Assembly: GCA_041690355.1 (NCBI GenBank)
Contig: JAWLHK010000027.1
Location: forward strand, 1 to 61,830
Direction of reading: 5' to 3'
DNA length: 61,830 bases
Source: a bacterium
GTDB taxonomy: Bacteria; J088; JAWLBW01
Shown here: piece after piece, positions 8,679 through 18,271 of the stretch
Layout: the number at the start of each line of letters is the position of its first letter
How positions within the stretch are numbered: position 1 is the first letter of the stretch
Notes under the pieces: model-generated
Told to the model about the DNA's origin: nothing
The model's input: only the letters and a program-made list of their open reading frames with translations
The model's database searches: none
Program-made: the position numbers and the translations under genes

Positions 8679-11600
8679 TCAGAACCGTTCAGGCGCTTCC
8701 ACAAGGAGCACGAAGGAGACGGCGCTCCAGGTCTGGTAGGTGGTGCCGGAACCGCCTTTTCGCTGATAGTCGAGAAGCTCGGTACCGGTCACGTCGACCC
8801 CCGAGCCGTTGACATCCGCCGTATAGCTCCCCTCGACCTGCCGGCCGAAGACCTTGATTCGCCCCCCGGCCCCTGCGCCGCACGACTGCGAGCCCGCACG
8901 CCCGCCGCGCGCGGTGATCGCCGTGCCGCTCAGGTTCACCGTATCGCCGAGAATCAGGACACCGCCGCCGGAACCGCCGCCGGTGCAGAGATAGTAGATG
9001 AGCGTCCAGGCGCTCCCGTCGCCGCCGTCGACGTCGATGTTCGCGTGCACGTCGACAAAGGTGCCGTCGAGGCGTAGACCCGCCCCGCCGGGACCGGTGG
9101 AATACGTGGCAAGCCCTTCGGGAAGACCGCCGGGACTGCCGGCGTCGATGTTCTTATCCGTCCGGCTGCCATAGGGCGGGCGGTTTTCTCCCCCGAAGAT
9201 GCCGCCTTCGCCGCCGTAGCTGCCGCCGCCGGCCATGTACTCCTGCGCAAGACCCTGTCCGGGCGGGGGGTTGTAGAAATCGAAGACATACCCCTTTGCA
9301 TCACCGTTGATATTGCCGTTGACGATCAGGCGGGATGCCTTGATGGTGGTGAGTCCCGGAGCAAGCGTGAGCGTCGCGCCCGTCACCACCTCGAACCAGT
9401 CGGCCGAGATTTCGTTCGTGTCGAGAACGAGGTCGGACTCGACCCTGTAGATCGTGCGGAAAGCGTTGGCGAACGCCGACGTATCGGCACTCGCCGTGTT
9501 TCCGTAGTATACGAAGTAGGGGATCTCACAGACCATGAAGTTGTAGCTGCAGTCGGGGTCGTATGGCTTGACCGGCACCTCGGGGATGCGTGCCCACACG
9601 GTGGCCGTGGCGGCATCCGCATGGCGTTGGACCCAGTGCGGGACGACTGCGCCGGCCTCGTCCACAATCCGCAGGTCCGTGAAATCGGTCGTCATCCCCG
9701 GGGCATGCGGCAGCGTGAACTTGACGAGCTGGTCGAGAACCGGATCGGGGGTGAAGTTCGTCACCCAGAAGCGGACGCGGGCAGGATAGTCCGGCTGGGT
9801 CCACGGCTCGGTATTCTCGATGAATTCGAACACCTCGCCGGTGTCGATCAGACCGCCGGCGGCCCCCCGGGTGGCGAACGTTTCGGTGAAGTAGTACCGG
9901 GGTTCGACGGGGTTTCCGACGTTGCCGAGGCGTACCGTCACCTGGGTTCCCGGCGGGGCTTCGGCCGCAGCGTTTCGGCGCAGCCGGATGGTGTTTCCCG
10001 CCTGCTCGAGCGTGAACGTGCCGGCATCGGGAAAATCGACCGCCTCGAGGGTCACCGCGCTCAGATCGTACCCTCCTTCGGGGTAGGTGAGATCGATCAG
10101 CCCGTCAGCGGGCAGAAGGCCGCCGAGCGTGAACGTAAAGGTCGCCGTCGTGACGGCGCCGCGCACGTAGTTCCCTGGCGTGTAGACCGGGGAGCCGAGG
10201 GTTCCCGCCGCGAGGCTCGGATAGATCGTGGTGGGCACCCCGTCAGGCCAGCTTGCCGTCAGCGTGTGCTGCCCCGCGACCCCCCAGACGGCGGCGCTGA
10301 GGGATTTCTGGCCGCCGTCGGCCGCCGTAAAGGCCACCGATGGCGGGAACGTCAGGCCGCTCGATCCGCTCAGGGTGATGGTACCCTCGTAGTCCGTCAG
10401 CAGATTCCCCTGGTAATCCTCGAGCGACAGGGTGAGATCCGAGCGCCGGCCCGCCACGGTGAGTCCGTTTGCCGCCAGCACGATCCGGATCAGGGGCGTG
10501 AAGGTTACGTTGACCTGGCCGATGGTCTGCCCGCCGGTGTCGGCGCGCACCGTCTTGGTGTCGCCGACCGTCGATGCCAGCGTCGTGACGAAGTGACCGT
10601 CGGCATCGGCGTTACCCGTGGGATTGCCCAGCGTGTTGCCGTCGCCGGTGGCGTCGACGGTCACGGCTGCCCCCGGAACAGGGTTGCCGTATGCGTCACG
10701 GACCCGCACATGAATTCCAAAGGTTGCAATGCCGTCGGCAAGCACCAGGCCGGTCGTGGCGGTGACCGAAGAGCCGATGGCTGCGGGCGGTCCGGGTAGG
10801 AAGGTTGCCGGTGTTTCCAGTGAGAACGCGCCTTCGTCGACGGTCGCCACGATGGTTTTCGCTTCGGCGACGGTTGAGACGACAGTGCTCCCGAAACGTC
10901 CGGCGGAATCGGTCGTGCCGGAAAGAACGGAGAATGCGTTGTCGCCTCCCGTCGCGCTCAGGGACACCGCAACCTCGGAAACGGGATTTCCGTAGGCATC
11001 GCGCACCCGAGTGTCGAGGCCGATGGCGCTCGTGCCGTCGGCCGTGGCGGTACTGGTGACCGCCGTCAGCGATGATTGAAGAGCGTTCGGCGGACCGCTG
11101 ACGACGAGCAGGCCGGCGCTTCGGGTAAACAGTCCATCGGCAATGGTGGCCGTTACCGTCTGCCATTCGGCGGCGGTGACGTGAAGTGAGGTCGCGAAAA
11201 CGCCGGCGTCGTCGGTCAGTCCTTCAGATGCGACGAAGCTGCTTCCGACGCCGGACGCCCCCAGGCCGACGTGTACGCCGGGGGTCAGGTTTCCGTGCCG
11301 ATCGGCCAGCGTGACGGCGACCGTCGCGAGCGTGCCTGCGGTCGTGACGCCGGGCATGATCGTCACAAAGGAATTCCCCTCCCAGGGCAATCCCGGCGCC
11401 GCGGCGACCAGCTTGTCGAGCACGAAAAGCCCTTCTCCGATATCGGCAATCACCGTTTTGCTTTCGGCGACGGTCGAGGCGAGGGTGGTGGCGAACTCTC
11501 CGCGTTCGTCGGTCGTACCCGAGAGCGCGCCGAATACGTTGCCATTTCCCGTTGCGTCCCAGGCGACGGCGACGCCCGAGACGGCGTTGCCGAAGGCGTC

Positions 11601-12380
11601 ACGCACCGTGGCGGCGAGGGCAAGCGTCGCGACGCCGTCGGCCACGAATTCGCCCTGGGTGACAAGGGCAGAGGTTGCGGCGGCCGGCTCGCCCGGCGTA
11701 AAGAGCAGCGGCAGCACGCCCAGGCGCGTATCGGCGCTGGTCACCGACAGCGTTTTCACCTCGGCCCGGGTCGACGTGATCCGGGTTGAAAAGATGCCGT
11801 CGGCGCCGGTGGTCCCCTCGGGCACGCCGAGGGTGGTGCCGCTACCGGAAACGGACAGTTCGACGGGAGCCCCGGCAACGGGTTGGTCGTAGGCGTTTCG
11901 CAGCCGCAGGGTAACGACGATTTCGTCGACCCCGTCGGCGGTCGCCGAGTACTTGTCGGTCTGCAGGGTGGAATTCTTCTCCGTGGGTGTCGTGTCGATG
12001 AGCCAGGCCCAACGCGCGGCGTCGCGAAGCGGAGCGTTTTCGCTGCTGGGGACGCGAACTTCAAAGATCCGGATGCCATCGGGCAGGTCTTTGTACGCCT
12101 GCGGTGAACGGCAAACGGTCCAATCACCGTCGTCGAGCCGGCATTCGAACTCCTCGGTTCCATCCGCGCGAAACGTGAACTCGGCCGCAGGGTCTGCCGT
12201 CTCCTGGTCGGGGCCTGAGAGAATCGTTACCGGCGCCGCCGCGACCGGGGTTTCGGCGACGTCGCGCGAGAGGGCAGGTGCAGCCGGATCTCCCTCGCAG
12301 GCCGCGACGCTCATGGCGGTCAGAAAGAGAAAGGGGAAAAACGCACGGGCATGGCGTTGCGGACTGTTGCGGTGGGGCAT
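8679..12380 (-). CDS. Large surface lipoprotein/adhesin: invasin-type Big_1 repeats, DUF2341-like domain, Gly-rich C-terminus
   Basis: GGAGGAG RBS before ATG 12380; lipobox SVAAC; FECRLDDG..CRSP Ig domain; five ADG....VRDAYGNPV.G-type repeats; DFTDLRIVD...VPHWV...VWARIP; GGGSYGG/GGGSGG/GAGGRI motifs. Confidence 0.85.
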   Translation of the reverse strand: MPHRNSPQRHARAFFPFLFLTAMSVAACEGDPAAPALSRDVAETPVAAAPVTILSGPDQETADPAAEFTFRADGTEEFECRLDDGDWTVCRSPQAYKDLPDGIRIFEVRVPSSENAPLRDAARWAWLIDTTPTEKNSTLQTDKYSATADGVDEIVVTLRLRNAYDQPVAGAPVELSVSGSGTTLGVPEGTTGADGIFSTRITSTRAEVKTLSVTSADTRLGVLPLLFTPGEPAAATSALVTQGEFVADGVATLALAATVRDAFGNAVSGVAVAWDATGNGNVFGALSGTTDERGEFATTLASTVAESKTVIADIGEGLFVLDKLVAAAPGLPWEGNSFVTIMPGVTTAGTLATVAVTLADRHGNLTPGVHVGLGASGVGSSFVASEGLTDDAGVFATSLHVTAAEWQTVTATIADGLFTRSAGLLVVSGPPNALQSSLTAVTSTATADGTSAIGLDTRVRDAYGNPVSEVAVSLSATGGDNAFSVLSGTTDSAGRFGSTVVSTVAEAKTIVATVDEGAFSLETPATFLPGPPAAIGSSVTATTGLVLADGIATFGIHVRVRDAYGNPVPGAAVTVDATGDGNTLGNPTGNADADGHFVTTLASTVGDTKTVRADTGGQTIGQVNVTFTPLIRIVLAANGLTVAGRRSDLTLSLEDYQGNLLTDYEGTITLSGSSGLTFPPSVAFTAADGGQKSLSAAVWGVAGQHTLTASWPDGVPTTIYPSLAAGTLGSPVYTPGNYVRGAVTTATFTFTLGGLLPADGLIDLTYPEGGYDLSAVTLEAVDFPDAGTFTLEQAGNTIRLRRNAAAEAPPGTQVTVRLGNVGNPVEPRYYFTETFATRGAAGGLIDTGEVFEFIENTEPWTQPDYPARVRFWVTNFTPDPVLDQLVKFTLPHAPGMTTDFTDLRIVDEAGAVVPHWVQRHADAATATVWARIPEVPVKPYDPDCSYNFMVCEIPYFVYYGNTASADTSAFANAFRTIYRVESDLVLDTNEISADWFEVVTGATLTLAPGLTTIKASRLIVNGNINGDAKGYVFDFYNPPPGQGLAQEYMAGGGSYGGEGGIFGGENRPPYGSRTDKNIDAGSPGGLPEGLATYSTGPGGAGLRLDGTFVDVHANIDVDGGDGSAWTLIYYLCTGGGSGGGVLILGDTVNLSGTAITARGGRAGSQSCGAGAGGRIKVFGRQVEGSYTADVNGSGVDVTGTELLDYQRKGGSGTTYQTWSAVSFVLLVEAPERF

Positions 12381-12719
12381 CGGACTCTCCTCCGGGGCGA
12401 GCGCAGGGAGAGCGCCCGCTTTCGCAAAGAGTGTATCATGCACATAAAGAAGGTGCAACAGGCACGTGTTTTCCGGCTGCGGCAAGTTCCGAGTCGTGTG
12501 CGGTGTCGCGCCTCCGGCGCTGGGGGTCTCCCCTCAGGTTCGTTGCGGAACGGCAGGATCCCGTCCACTACGGTTGCAAAGGGTCGACCGGAGCGCTAGA
12601 CTTTGTAGATACTCGGCAGACCGGTCGGGAGACAGGCGGGCAGCCCCCCGCCGGGCCTTCTGCCGGCGGAACGGTGCTCATTTCCGCCGTCTGCCGGTTC
12701 GCTGCCGAAGGAGCCATCC

Positions 12720-13139
12720 GTGTTCATCGTCAACTACAAGGCCGTCAGCTGGTGGTACTTTCTCGGGACCGTCGCTCTGCTCACCGTCGGGGTTGCGGGC
12801 TACCCGGAAGCATTTCTACTGGCCATCGGGGTCAGCCTGGCGCACCTCGTTCACTTCGTGGTGCGCGAGCGCAGCCTGACGACCTTCTCGGTCCAGGTGC
12901 GCATCGGCGTGCTGGCCGTGCTGCTGGCATCGCTTCCCGAGCCGATGCGGTGGATGTTCTGGATTCCCCTCGTCGGCATCTGGGTGCAGGTGTTCTTCGG
13001 GTATTGCCTGCTGGCCCGGCTCATCTCGCTGCTGCCGTGGAACCTGAAGGAGCCGTACTCGTTCAGTCTCCTGCGCCGCACGCTGATCAGCCCGCCGGTT
13101 CCCGGCAACGCGCTGCAGGTGCCCGCGCAGGCCAAGTAA
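12720..13139 (+). CDS. Small integral membrane protein of unknown function
   Basis: AAGGAG RBS, GTG start, four hydrophobic segments, FGYCLLAR..SLLPWN motif. Confidence 0.75.
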   Translation: MFIVNYKAVSWWYFLGTVALLTVGVAGYPEAFLLAIGVSLAHLVHFVVRERSLTTFSVQVRIGVLAVLLASLPEPMRWMFWIPLVGIWVQVFFGYCLLARLISLLPWNLKEPYSFSLLRRTLISPPVPGNALQVPAQAK

Positions 13140-13151
13140 GCGGGCGCTCCG

Positions 13152-13379
13152 CTACGGCCGTGCCCCCTCACGGCCGATGCGCATCAGCTCTCCCTGGCGC
13201 CTCCCCGTGAGAATCGAGGCGCAGACGACGCAGTACGCACCCGGTTTGCCCACCTCATCGGCCATCTTGACCTCGAAGCGCCGGTAGACCCCTCTGGGCG
13301 AGACCATGCCGCGCGCATCGCACCGTTCGCAGTAGAATTTCCGTTTGGGCTCGTGAGCCTCGATGGAGAGAATCTTCAT
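13152..13379 (-). CDS. Possible small zinc-binding protein
   Basis: CERC and CVVC pairs; fills an intergenic gap; weak RBS. Confidence 0.45.
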   Translation of the reverse strand: MKILSIEAHEPKRKFYCERCDARGMVSPRGVYRRFEVKMADEVGKPGAYCVVCASILTGRRQGELMRIGREGARP

Positions 13380-13491
13380 GGGGATCATTGTGCGGGAAGG
13401 GTTGGTGCCGGCCGGAGAAAACCCGCATGGACGGGGATGGTTTGTCCCCGTCTCCCCTCCGGTGATAAAGTGCTAAGCTGCGGGAGGGAGC

Positions 13492-14496
13492 ATGATTCAG
13501 ATCATCGACGAAGGCCTGCACCCCATCGGGCCCGAGCGGCACTGGCAGGAGAGCTGGTATTTCAACTGGAGCGATCCGCGCCACCGCACGATCGGGGTCA
13601 CGCGCATCGGCTTCAGGTACCACCCGAACCAGATTGACGCGCTCGTCTTTACCATTCGCGACGGGAAGCCGGAATTCTCGTATCCGGCGCTCAACGTGCG
13701 CCCCGGCAGGCCGTGGTCGGAGTGGAAGCCGGAAGACGGTTTGCGTGTTCGCAGGCTCGAGTATCGGATGCTCGAGCCGCACAAGCGCTGGCAGCTGACC
13801 CTCGACGGACCGAGCCGCTTCGATCTGGAGTGGGAGGCCTTCACGCCCCCGTTCGATTACCGCGCCGCCGCGGGCGAAGGTCCGCCCGAAATCTCGCATG
13901 AGCACTTCGAGCAGTCGGGGCGCGTGCGCGGAACGACCACGCTCAAAGGGCGCACGCTGGAGATCGACGGGTGGGGCCAGCGCGACAAGTCGTGGGGCGT
14001 GCGCGACTGGGACAATATCGTCGGCTGGACGTGGATCAGCGTGCAGTTCGGCGAAGACTTCAGCTTCAACACCTGGCAGGCCCCGCGCCCCCTCGGGCCG
14101 GCACGCCGGTTCGGTAAGCGGCCGGTGGATGAAGCGAACCCCTACTTCGGCGGATTTGTTTACTACGCCGGCGCCAACCACCCCGTCGAGCGGCTTGACA
14201 CCGAGCTTCGCTGGGGCAACCGGGGGCGGCAGGAACCATCCGGCGTGAGGCTGCGCATCGAAGCCGGCGGGCGCACCTTCGAGATCGAGGGGAACAGTTA
14301 CGGCATCTTCCCCCTGGCCAAAAACGGTCTGTGGATGTACGAGGGGTACACCGAATTTTCCGCACAGGTCGATGGTAAACGGAGGGAAGGGGGCGTCGGC
14401 GTCATCGAATACACCTTCCATGTCGGGCGCCTCGGATACCTGCCCCGGGCGGGGGAGATCGCTTCGACGATCGCCGCGATTCTGAAAAAGCCCTGA
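13492..14496 (+). CDS. Tocopherol-cyclase/CrtC-like beta-barrel protein (DUF7064/7065-like)
   Basis: GGAGG RBS; WQESWYFNW; HFEQSGRVRG; G.RDKSWGVRDW. Confidence 0.75.
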   Translation: MIQIIDEGLHPIGPERHWQESWYFNWSDPRHRTIGVTRIGFRYHPNQIDALVFTIRDGKPEFSYPALNVRPGRPWSEWKPEDGLRVRRLEYRMLEPHKRWQLTLDGPSRFDLEWEAFTPPFDYRAAAGEGPPEISHEHFEQSGRVRGTTTLKGRTLEIDGWGQRDKSWGVRDWDNIVGWTWISVQFGEDFSFNTWQAPRPLGPARRFGKRPVDEANPYFGGFVYYAGANHPVERLDTELRWGNRGRQEPSGVRLRIEAGGRTFEIEGNSYGIFPLAKNGLWMYEGYTEFSAQVDGKRREGGVGVIEYTFHVGRLGYLPRAGEIASTIAAILKKP

Positions 14497-14497
14497 C

Positions 14498-17044
14498 ATG
14501 ACCCTCGCAACGGCCATCGATTCCTTCGTTCCGCTCACGCCCGATACGCCGGAAGTGCTGGGGCGCATCGGCGGCAAGGCGTGCGGCCTCGTGCGCCTGC
14601 TGCGGCATGGATTCCCCGTTCCCGAAGCCTGGGTGCTCGAGGCCCAGCCGGTTCCGGCCGACGAGATTGAACTTCCGCCGCCGCTGGCCGAGGCGGCCGA
14701 CGCCTTCTGGTCGGCGCTGCAGGGGGAACGTCCGGGGGCGCGCTTCGCCGTGCGCAGTTCCGCTACGGAAGAGGACCTCGACGACAAATCCTTCGCCGGT
14801 GTGTACCTGACGGTTCTCAACGTGTGCACGGCCGAAGAATTCCGCGCGGCCCTCCTGCGCTGCCGGGCGGCCCTGCACGGGCAGCAGGGGAAGGCCTACC
14901 GCCGCGCGCGGGGAACCGAGGGGCCGCCGCGCATCGCGCTCGTCGTGCAGCGCATGGTCGACGCCGAGGTGGCCGGCGTGCTCATGACGGCGAATCCGCT
15001 GCGGCCGCTCGCCGACGAGCTGGTGATCGACGCGTCCTACGGCCTTGGCGAAAGCGTCGTTTCGGGCCGCGTGCAGCCGGATCATCTCGTCGTGGCAAAG
15101 GGGGATGGCGCGATCCGCGAGGAGCGGCTGGGAACCAAGGAGTTCGCGCTCCGGTTCCGCGATGGAGCGACGGTGGAAGATTCGGTTCCGCAGGCGGAGC
15201 GGCACCGGCGTGCCCTGGCCGATGCGCAGGTCGCCGCACTGCAGAAGCTTGCGGCCGACGTGGAGGCGCGCATCGGGCCCCGCCAGGATTGCGAGTGGGC
15301 CTTCGAAGGGGAGCGGCTGTACGTGCTGCAGCAGCGGCCGATGACGGGACTGCCGCCCGCGGAACCGGAGCAGGTCTTTTCGCGCCGCTTCGGCGACGAG
15401 TACATCGCCGACTACACGCTGCCGCTCTCCTACACGGTGCTCATGCCGTGGATCAGTGAAACGTTTCTGGCGGAGTTTGCGCGCAGCTTCGGGTTTGCGC
15501 AGCGTCTCCGGCACCCGCCGACGGTGCGCCACGAAGGGTACGCCTACGTGAGCGGCGAGTTCGTGGCCCAGATGATGAGCGCCGTGCCGAAAGCGCTGCG
15601 GCGTACCGACGCTGTCGACTGGTTTCCGGAGATGTGGAACGAGCGGATCCGCCGCGAGCCGTTCCGCCCGTGGCAGCTCGGGCGCATGGCGTGGACGGCG
15701 TGGCGCGATCCGAAGTCCGACCTCCGGCGCAACCCGGCCGACCTCGAGGCCCACTGTGCGCGCGTTGCCGAGCTCCTGGTTCCGCGCCTGCGGCAGGAGT
15801 ACGCCGCGCTGTCCGAGGCGGATTGGGAGAACCAGTTCGCCGAAGCGATCCGGCTGGGCGAAGAGCACTTTCACGTCATCCGCTGGGGCATGGGATTCCA
15901 CAACCCGCTCCTGCACGGTTTTCTCCAGGATCTGCTGAAGCGCTGGGCGGATGACGACGGTTCTCTATACCAGGTTCTCATCAGCGGTCTTCCTCAAACG
16001 CGGACGGCCGAGGTGAATCGCGCCGTCTGGCGGCTGGCGCAGGCCGCCCGCGCCGATGCGGTCGTCCTCGCGCTGCTCGCGGAAAAGGCTCCGCATGCGC
16101 AGATGCGCGAGGCGACACCGGAGGCCGCGTTCTGGGGTGCCTTCGACGGCTTTCTGCGCGACTACGGCCACCGCGGCGCGACCCGCGACATCGCGCTGCC
16201 GCGCTGGTCAGAGACCCCCGACATCGTGCTGGGGCTGCTGCGCGCGCAACTTGCCGCGAACGCCCCCGACCCCGACGAAAGCGAACGCCAGGCCGCCGCG
16301 CGACGGAAGGCAGCCGAAGCGACGCTGGCGGAACGGATCGGATCGGGCATCGCCTCACGCGCGAAGCTGCGCATGATTCGCGAAGTTCTCGCGCTGGCGC
16401 AGACCTACACGGTCTACCGCGAGAACCAGCGCTTCTATCTGGATTACGTGCTGGCGCACATCCGCAACCTCGTGATCGAAGCCGGCGCGCGGCTGCACCG
16501 GCGGGGGGTGCTCGAGGAGCCGGACGATGTGTTCTTCCTCGAGAAGGCGGAATTTCTCGAGGTGCGCGCCCTTCCGGGGGCGACCGAGGAATTGCGGAAC
16601 CGCATCGGCGATCGGCGCGCGCACTTTCAGCAGTGGCGCCACCGGTTGCCGCCGACCTACCTGTTCGACGGCATCGCGGTCGAGGAGCAGCCTGCCGCTT
16701 CTGCGGCCTCGGTGCCCGCGGGGGCGCTCGCCGGTATGGCGGCGTCGATGGGGCAGGCGCGGGCCCGCGCCCGCGTCATCCGGAGTCTCGAGGAGCTGGA
16801 TACGGTGCAGGCCGGCGAGATCCTGGTCACGAGCAACACGGATCCCGGCTGGACGAGCGTCTTTCCCCTGCTGGCCGGTCTCGTCACTGCAACCGGCGGA
16901 ATTCTGAGTCACGGGGCGCTGCTCGCGCGCGAATACGGCATTCCGGCGGTCACGGGCGTCGTGGGTGCCGTCGACCTGATTCGCACCGGCGACCTGCTCG
17001 AACTGAATGCCGTGGAGGGATGGATCCGGAGAATTGACGATTGA
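14498..17044 (+). CDS. PEP-utilizing enzyme with rifampicin-phosphotransferase/PigC-like architecture (ATP-grasp, substrate domain, phospho-His swivel)
   Basis: IGGKA, AVRSSATEED...SFAG, VVQRMV, GLGESVVSG, EWA...LQQRP; C-terminal TDPGWT...GGILSHGALLAREYGIPAV. Confidence 0.9.
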   Translation: MTLATAIDSFVPLTPDTPEVLGRIGGKACGLVRLLRHGFPVPEAWVLEAQPVPADEIELPPPLAEAADAFWSALQGERPGARFAVRSSATEEDLDDKSFAGVYLTVLNVCTAEEFRAALLRCRAALHGQQGKAYRRARGTEGPPRIALVVQRMVDAEVAGVLMTANPLRPLADELVIDASYGLGESVVSGRVQPDHLVVAKGDGAIREERLGTKEFALRFRDGATVEDSVPQAERHRRALADAQVAALQKLAADVEARIGPRQDCEWAFEGERLYVLQQRPMTGLPPAEPEQVFSRRFGDEYIADYTLPLSYTVLMPWISETFLAEFARSFGFAQRLRHPPTVRHEGYAYVSGEFVAQMMSAVPKALRRTDAVDWFPEMWNERIRREPFRPWQLGRMAWTAWRDPKSDLRRNPADLEAHCARVAELLVPRLRQEYAALSEADWENQFAEAIRLGEEHFHVIRWGMGFHNPLLHGFLQDLLKRWADDDGSLYQVLISGLPQTRTAEVNRAVWRLAQAARADAVVLALLAEKAPHAQMREATPEAAFWGAFDGFLRDYGHRGATRDIALPRWSETPDIVLGLLRAQLAANAPDPDESERQAAARRKAAEATLAERIGSGIASRAKLRMIREVLALAQTYTVYRENQRFYLDYVLAHIRNLVIEAGARLHRRGVLEEPDDVFFLEKAEFLEVRALPGATEELRNRIGDRRAHFQQWRHRLPPTYLFDGIAVEEQPAASAASVPAGALAGMAASMGQARARARVIRSLEELDTVQAGEILVTSNTDPGWTSVFPLLAGLVTATGGILSHGALLAREYGIPAVTGVVGAVDLIRTGDLLELNAVEGWIRRIDD

Positions 17045-17063
17045 CGATTGACGATTTGCGATT
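17033..17063 (+). repeat. Heptamer tandem tract (ATTGACG)n overlapping a stop codon
   Basis: attgacg attgacg attgacg atttgcg att; TGA 17042-17044 is the CDS stop. Confidence 0.9.
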
Positions 17064-17077
17064 TCGCCAGGCAATCC

Positions 17078-17192
17078 CCCGTTCGTCCCGAGCTGACCGA
17101 ACGGAGCAGAGCGAAGGTCGACAGCGAGGGGCCGCGCTTGTCTCGCCGCCGTTCCCGACGCTGCCGTTCAACGTCAGCTCGCCGTGAACGGG
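17078..17192 (-). repeat. REP/MITE-like element, family D (copy 1)
   Basis: Terminal inverted repeats CCCGTTC...GAACGGG; the reverse complement aligns with 37011-37140 and 45228-45355. Confidence 0.8.
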
Positions 17193-17247
17193 TTCTTTCT
17201 TTTTTGGTGCTCAGCGCTTGGCGCTTTGCCCTGGAGATTGACGATCC

Positions 17248-18126
17248 ATGACTGACTCGATCCCCTTTGCCGCCGCCTGGCACGCGCGCGGCACGATGCG
17301 CGACGTGCACGGTCTGCGTGTGTTCACCGTGACCGGAGGAGACCTCGCGCGCGGCGTACCCGTGCTCTTTCTCCATGGATTTCCCTCCAGCTCCCTCGAT
17401 TGGCACCGGCTTGAGCCATTGCTTGGGGACCGGCCGCGTATCTTCTTCGATTTTCCCGGCTACGGATATTCCGCAAAACCCGAAGCCTACAGTTACTCCC
17501 TGTTCGAACAGGCCGATGTCGCCGAAGGGCTGCTGCGTCTTCTGGGAGTTGGGGAAGTGGATGTCGTCGCGCACGATATGGGAACCAGCGTCGCGTGCGA
17601 GCTCGCGGCCCGGAGCACCCGCGGACTGCTCTCGTTCCGGATGCGTTCGCTGGTGCTCATGAACGGGTCCGTGCGCCTGGAGCTCGCCAGCCTGACCCCC
17701 TCGCAGAAGCTGTTGCGGACCCGTCTGGGTCCATTCTTTGCGCGCCTGTCTTCGCGGCCCGTCTTCAAGGCGCAGATCCGGCGGATCCTTGCGCAGCCGG
17801 TGCCCGACGAGGAGCTGGAGGCGATGTGGCTGCTGCTCAAGCGCGAAGACGGCGTCCTGCGGCTGCCGCGGATCATCCGGTATCTGGAAGAACGCGTACG
17901 GTTTGCCGACCGGTGGATCGGCGCGCTTGGGCAGCTCGATTTTCCGCTCGGACTCGTGTGGGGACTCGAGGATCCGGTGGCCGTCCCCGCGATTGCCGAG
18001 CGCCTCGCGCGCGACGTTCCCGGTTCCGTCTTCATGCCGCTTCCCCACTTGGGCCACTATCCGCAGCTCGAGAACCCGGACGCGGTCTTCCGGGCCCTCC
18101 AGGCATACTGGGAACACGGGAAGTGA
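17248..18126 (+). CDS. Alpha/beta hydrolase (epoxide hydrolase/MEST-like)
   Basis: LHGFPSSS.DW; DFPGYGYSAKP; AHDMG nucleophile Asp; GHYPQLE. Confidence 0.92.
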   Translation: MTDSIPFAAAWHARGTMRDVHGLRVFTVTGGDLARGVPVLFLHGFPSSSLDWHRLEPLLGDRPRIFFDFPGYGYSAKPEAYSYSLFEQADVAEGLLRLLGVGEVDVVAHDMGTSVACELAARSTRGLLSFRMRSLVLMNGSVRLELASLTPSQKLLRTRLGPFFARLSSRPVFKAQIRRILAQPVPDEELEAMWLLLKREDGVLRLPRIIRYLEERVRFADRWIGALGQLDFPLGLVWGLEDPVAVPAIAERLARDVPGSVFMPLPHLGHYPQLENPDAVFRALQAYWEHGK

Positions 18127-18214
18127 CGAGTTACGAATGACGAGTGACGAATGCAAGCAAGGACATGGAAGTTCTCGCTTGATCGGTGCTCAGCGCTCAG
18201 CGCTTGGCGCTTTT
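18122..18214 (+). repeat. Composite heptamer element (TGACGAG tract, core, AGCGCTY tract), copy 1
   Basis: agtgacg agttacg aatgacg agtgacg ... gcaaggacatgga ... gtgctcagcgctcagcgcttggcgctttt. Confidence 0.85.
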
Positions 18215-18271
18215 CAGCTGTGCCCGACCCAATGGTGACTGCCGGCGCATGACCTGATAGCGTATAAAGCC

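Noticed and set aside
14498-17044. Calling this gene ppsA or a confirmed rifampicin resistance gene
   Set aside because: Lacks the C-terminal PEP/pyruvate barrel of PpsA; the central domain cannot be assigned to RPH by eye
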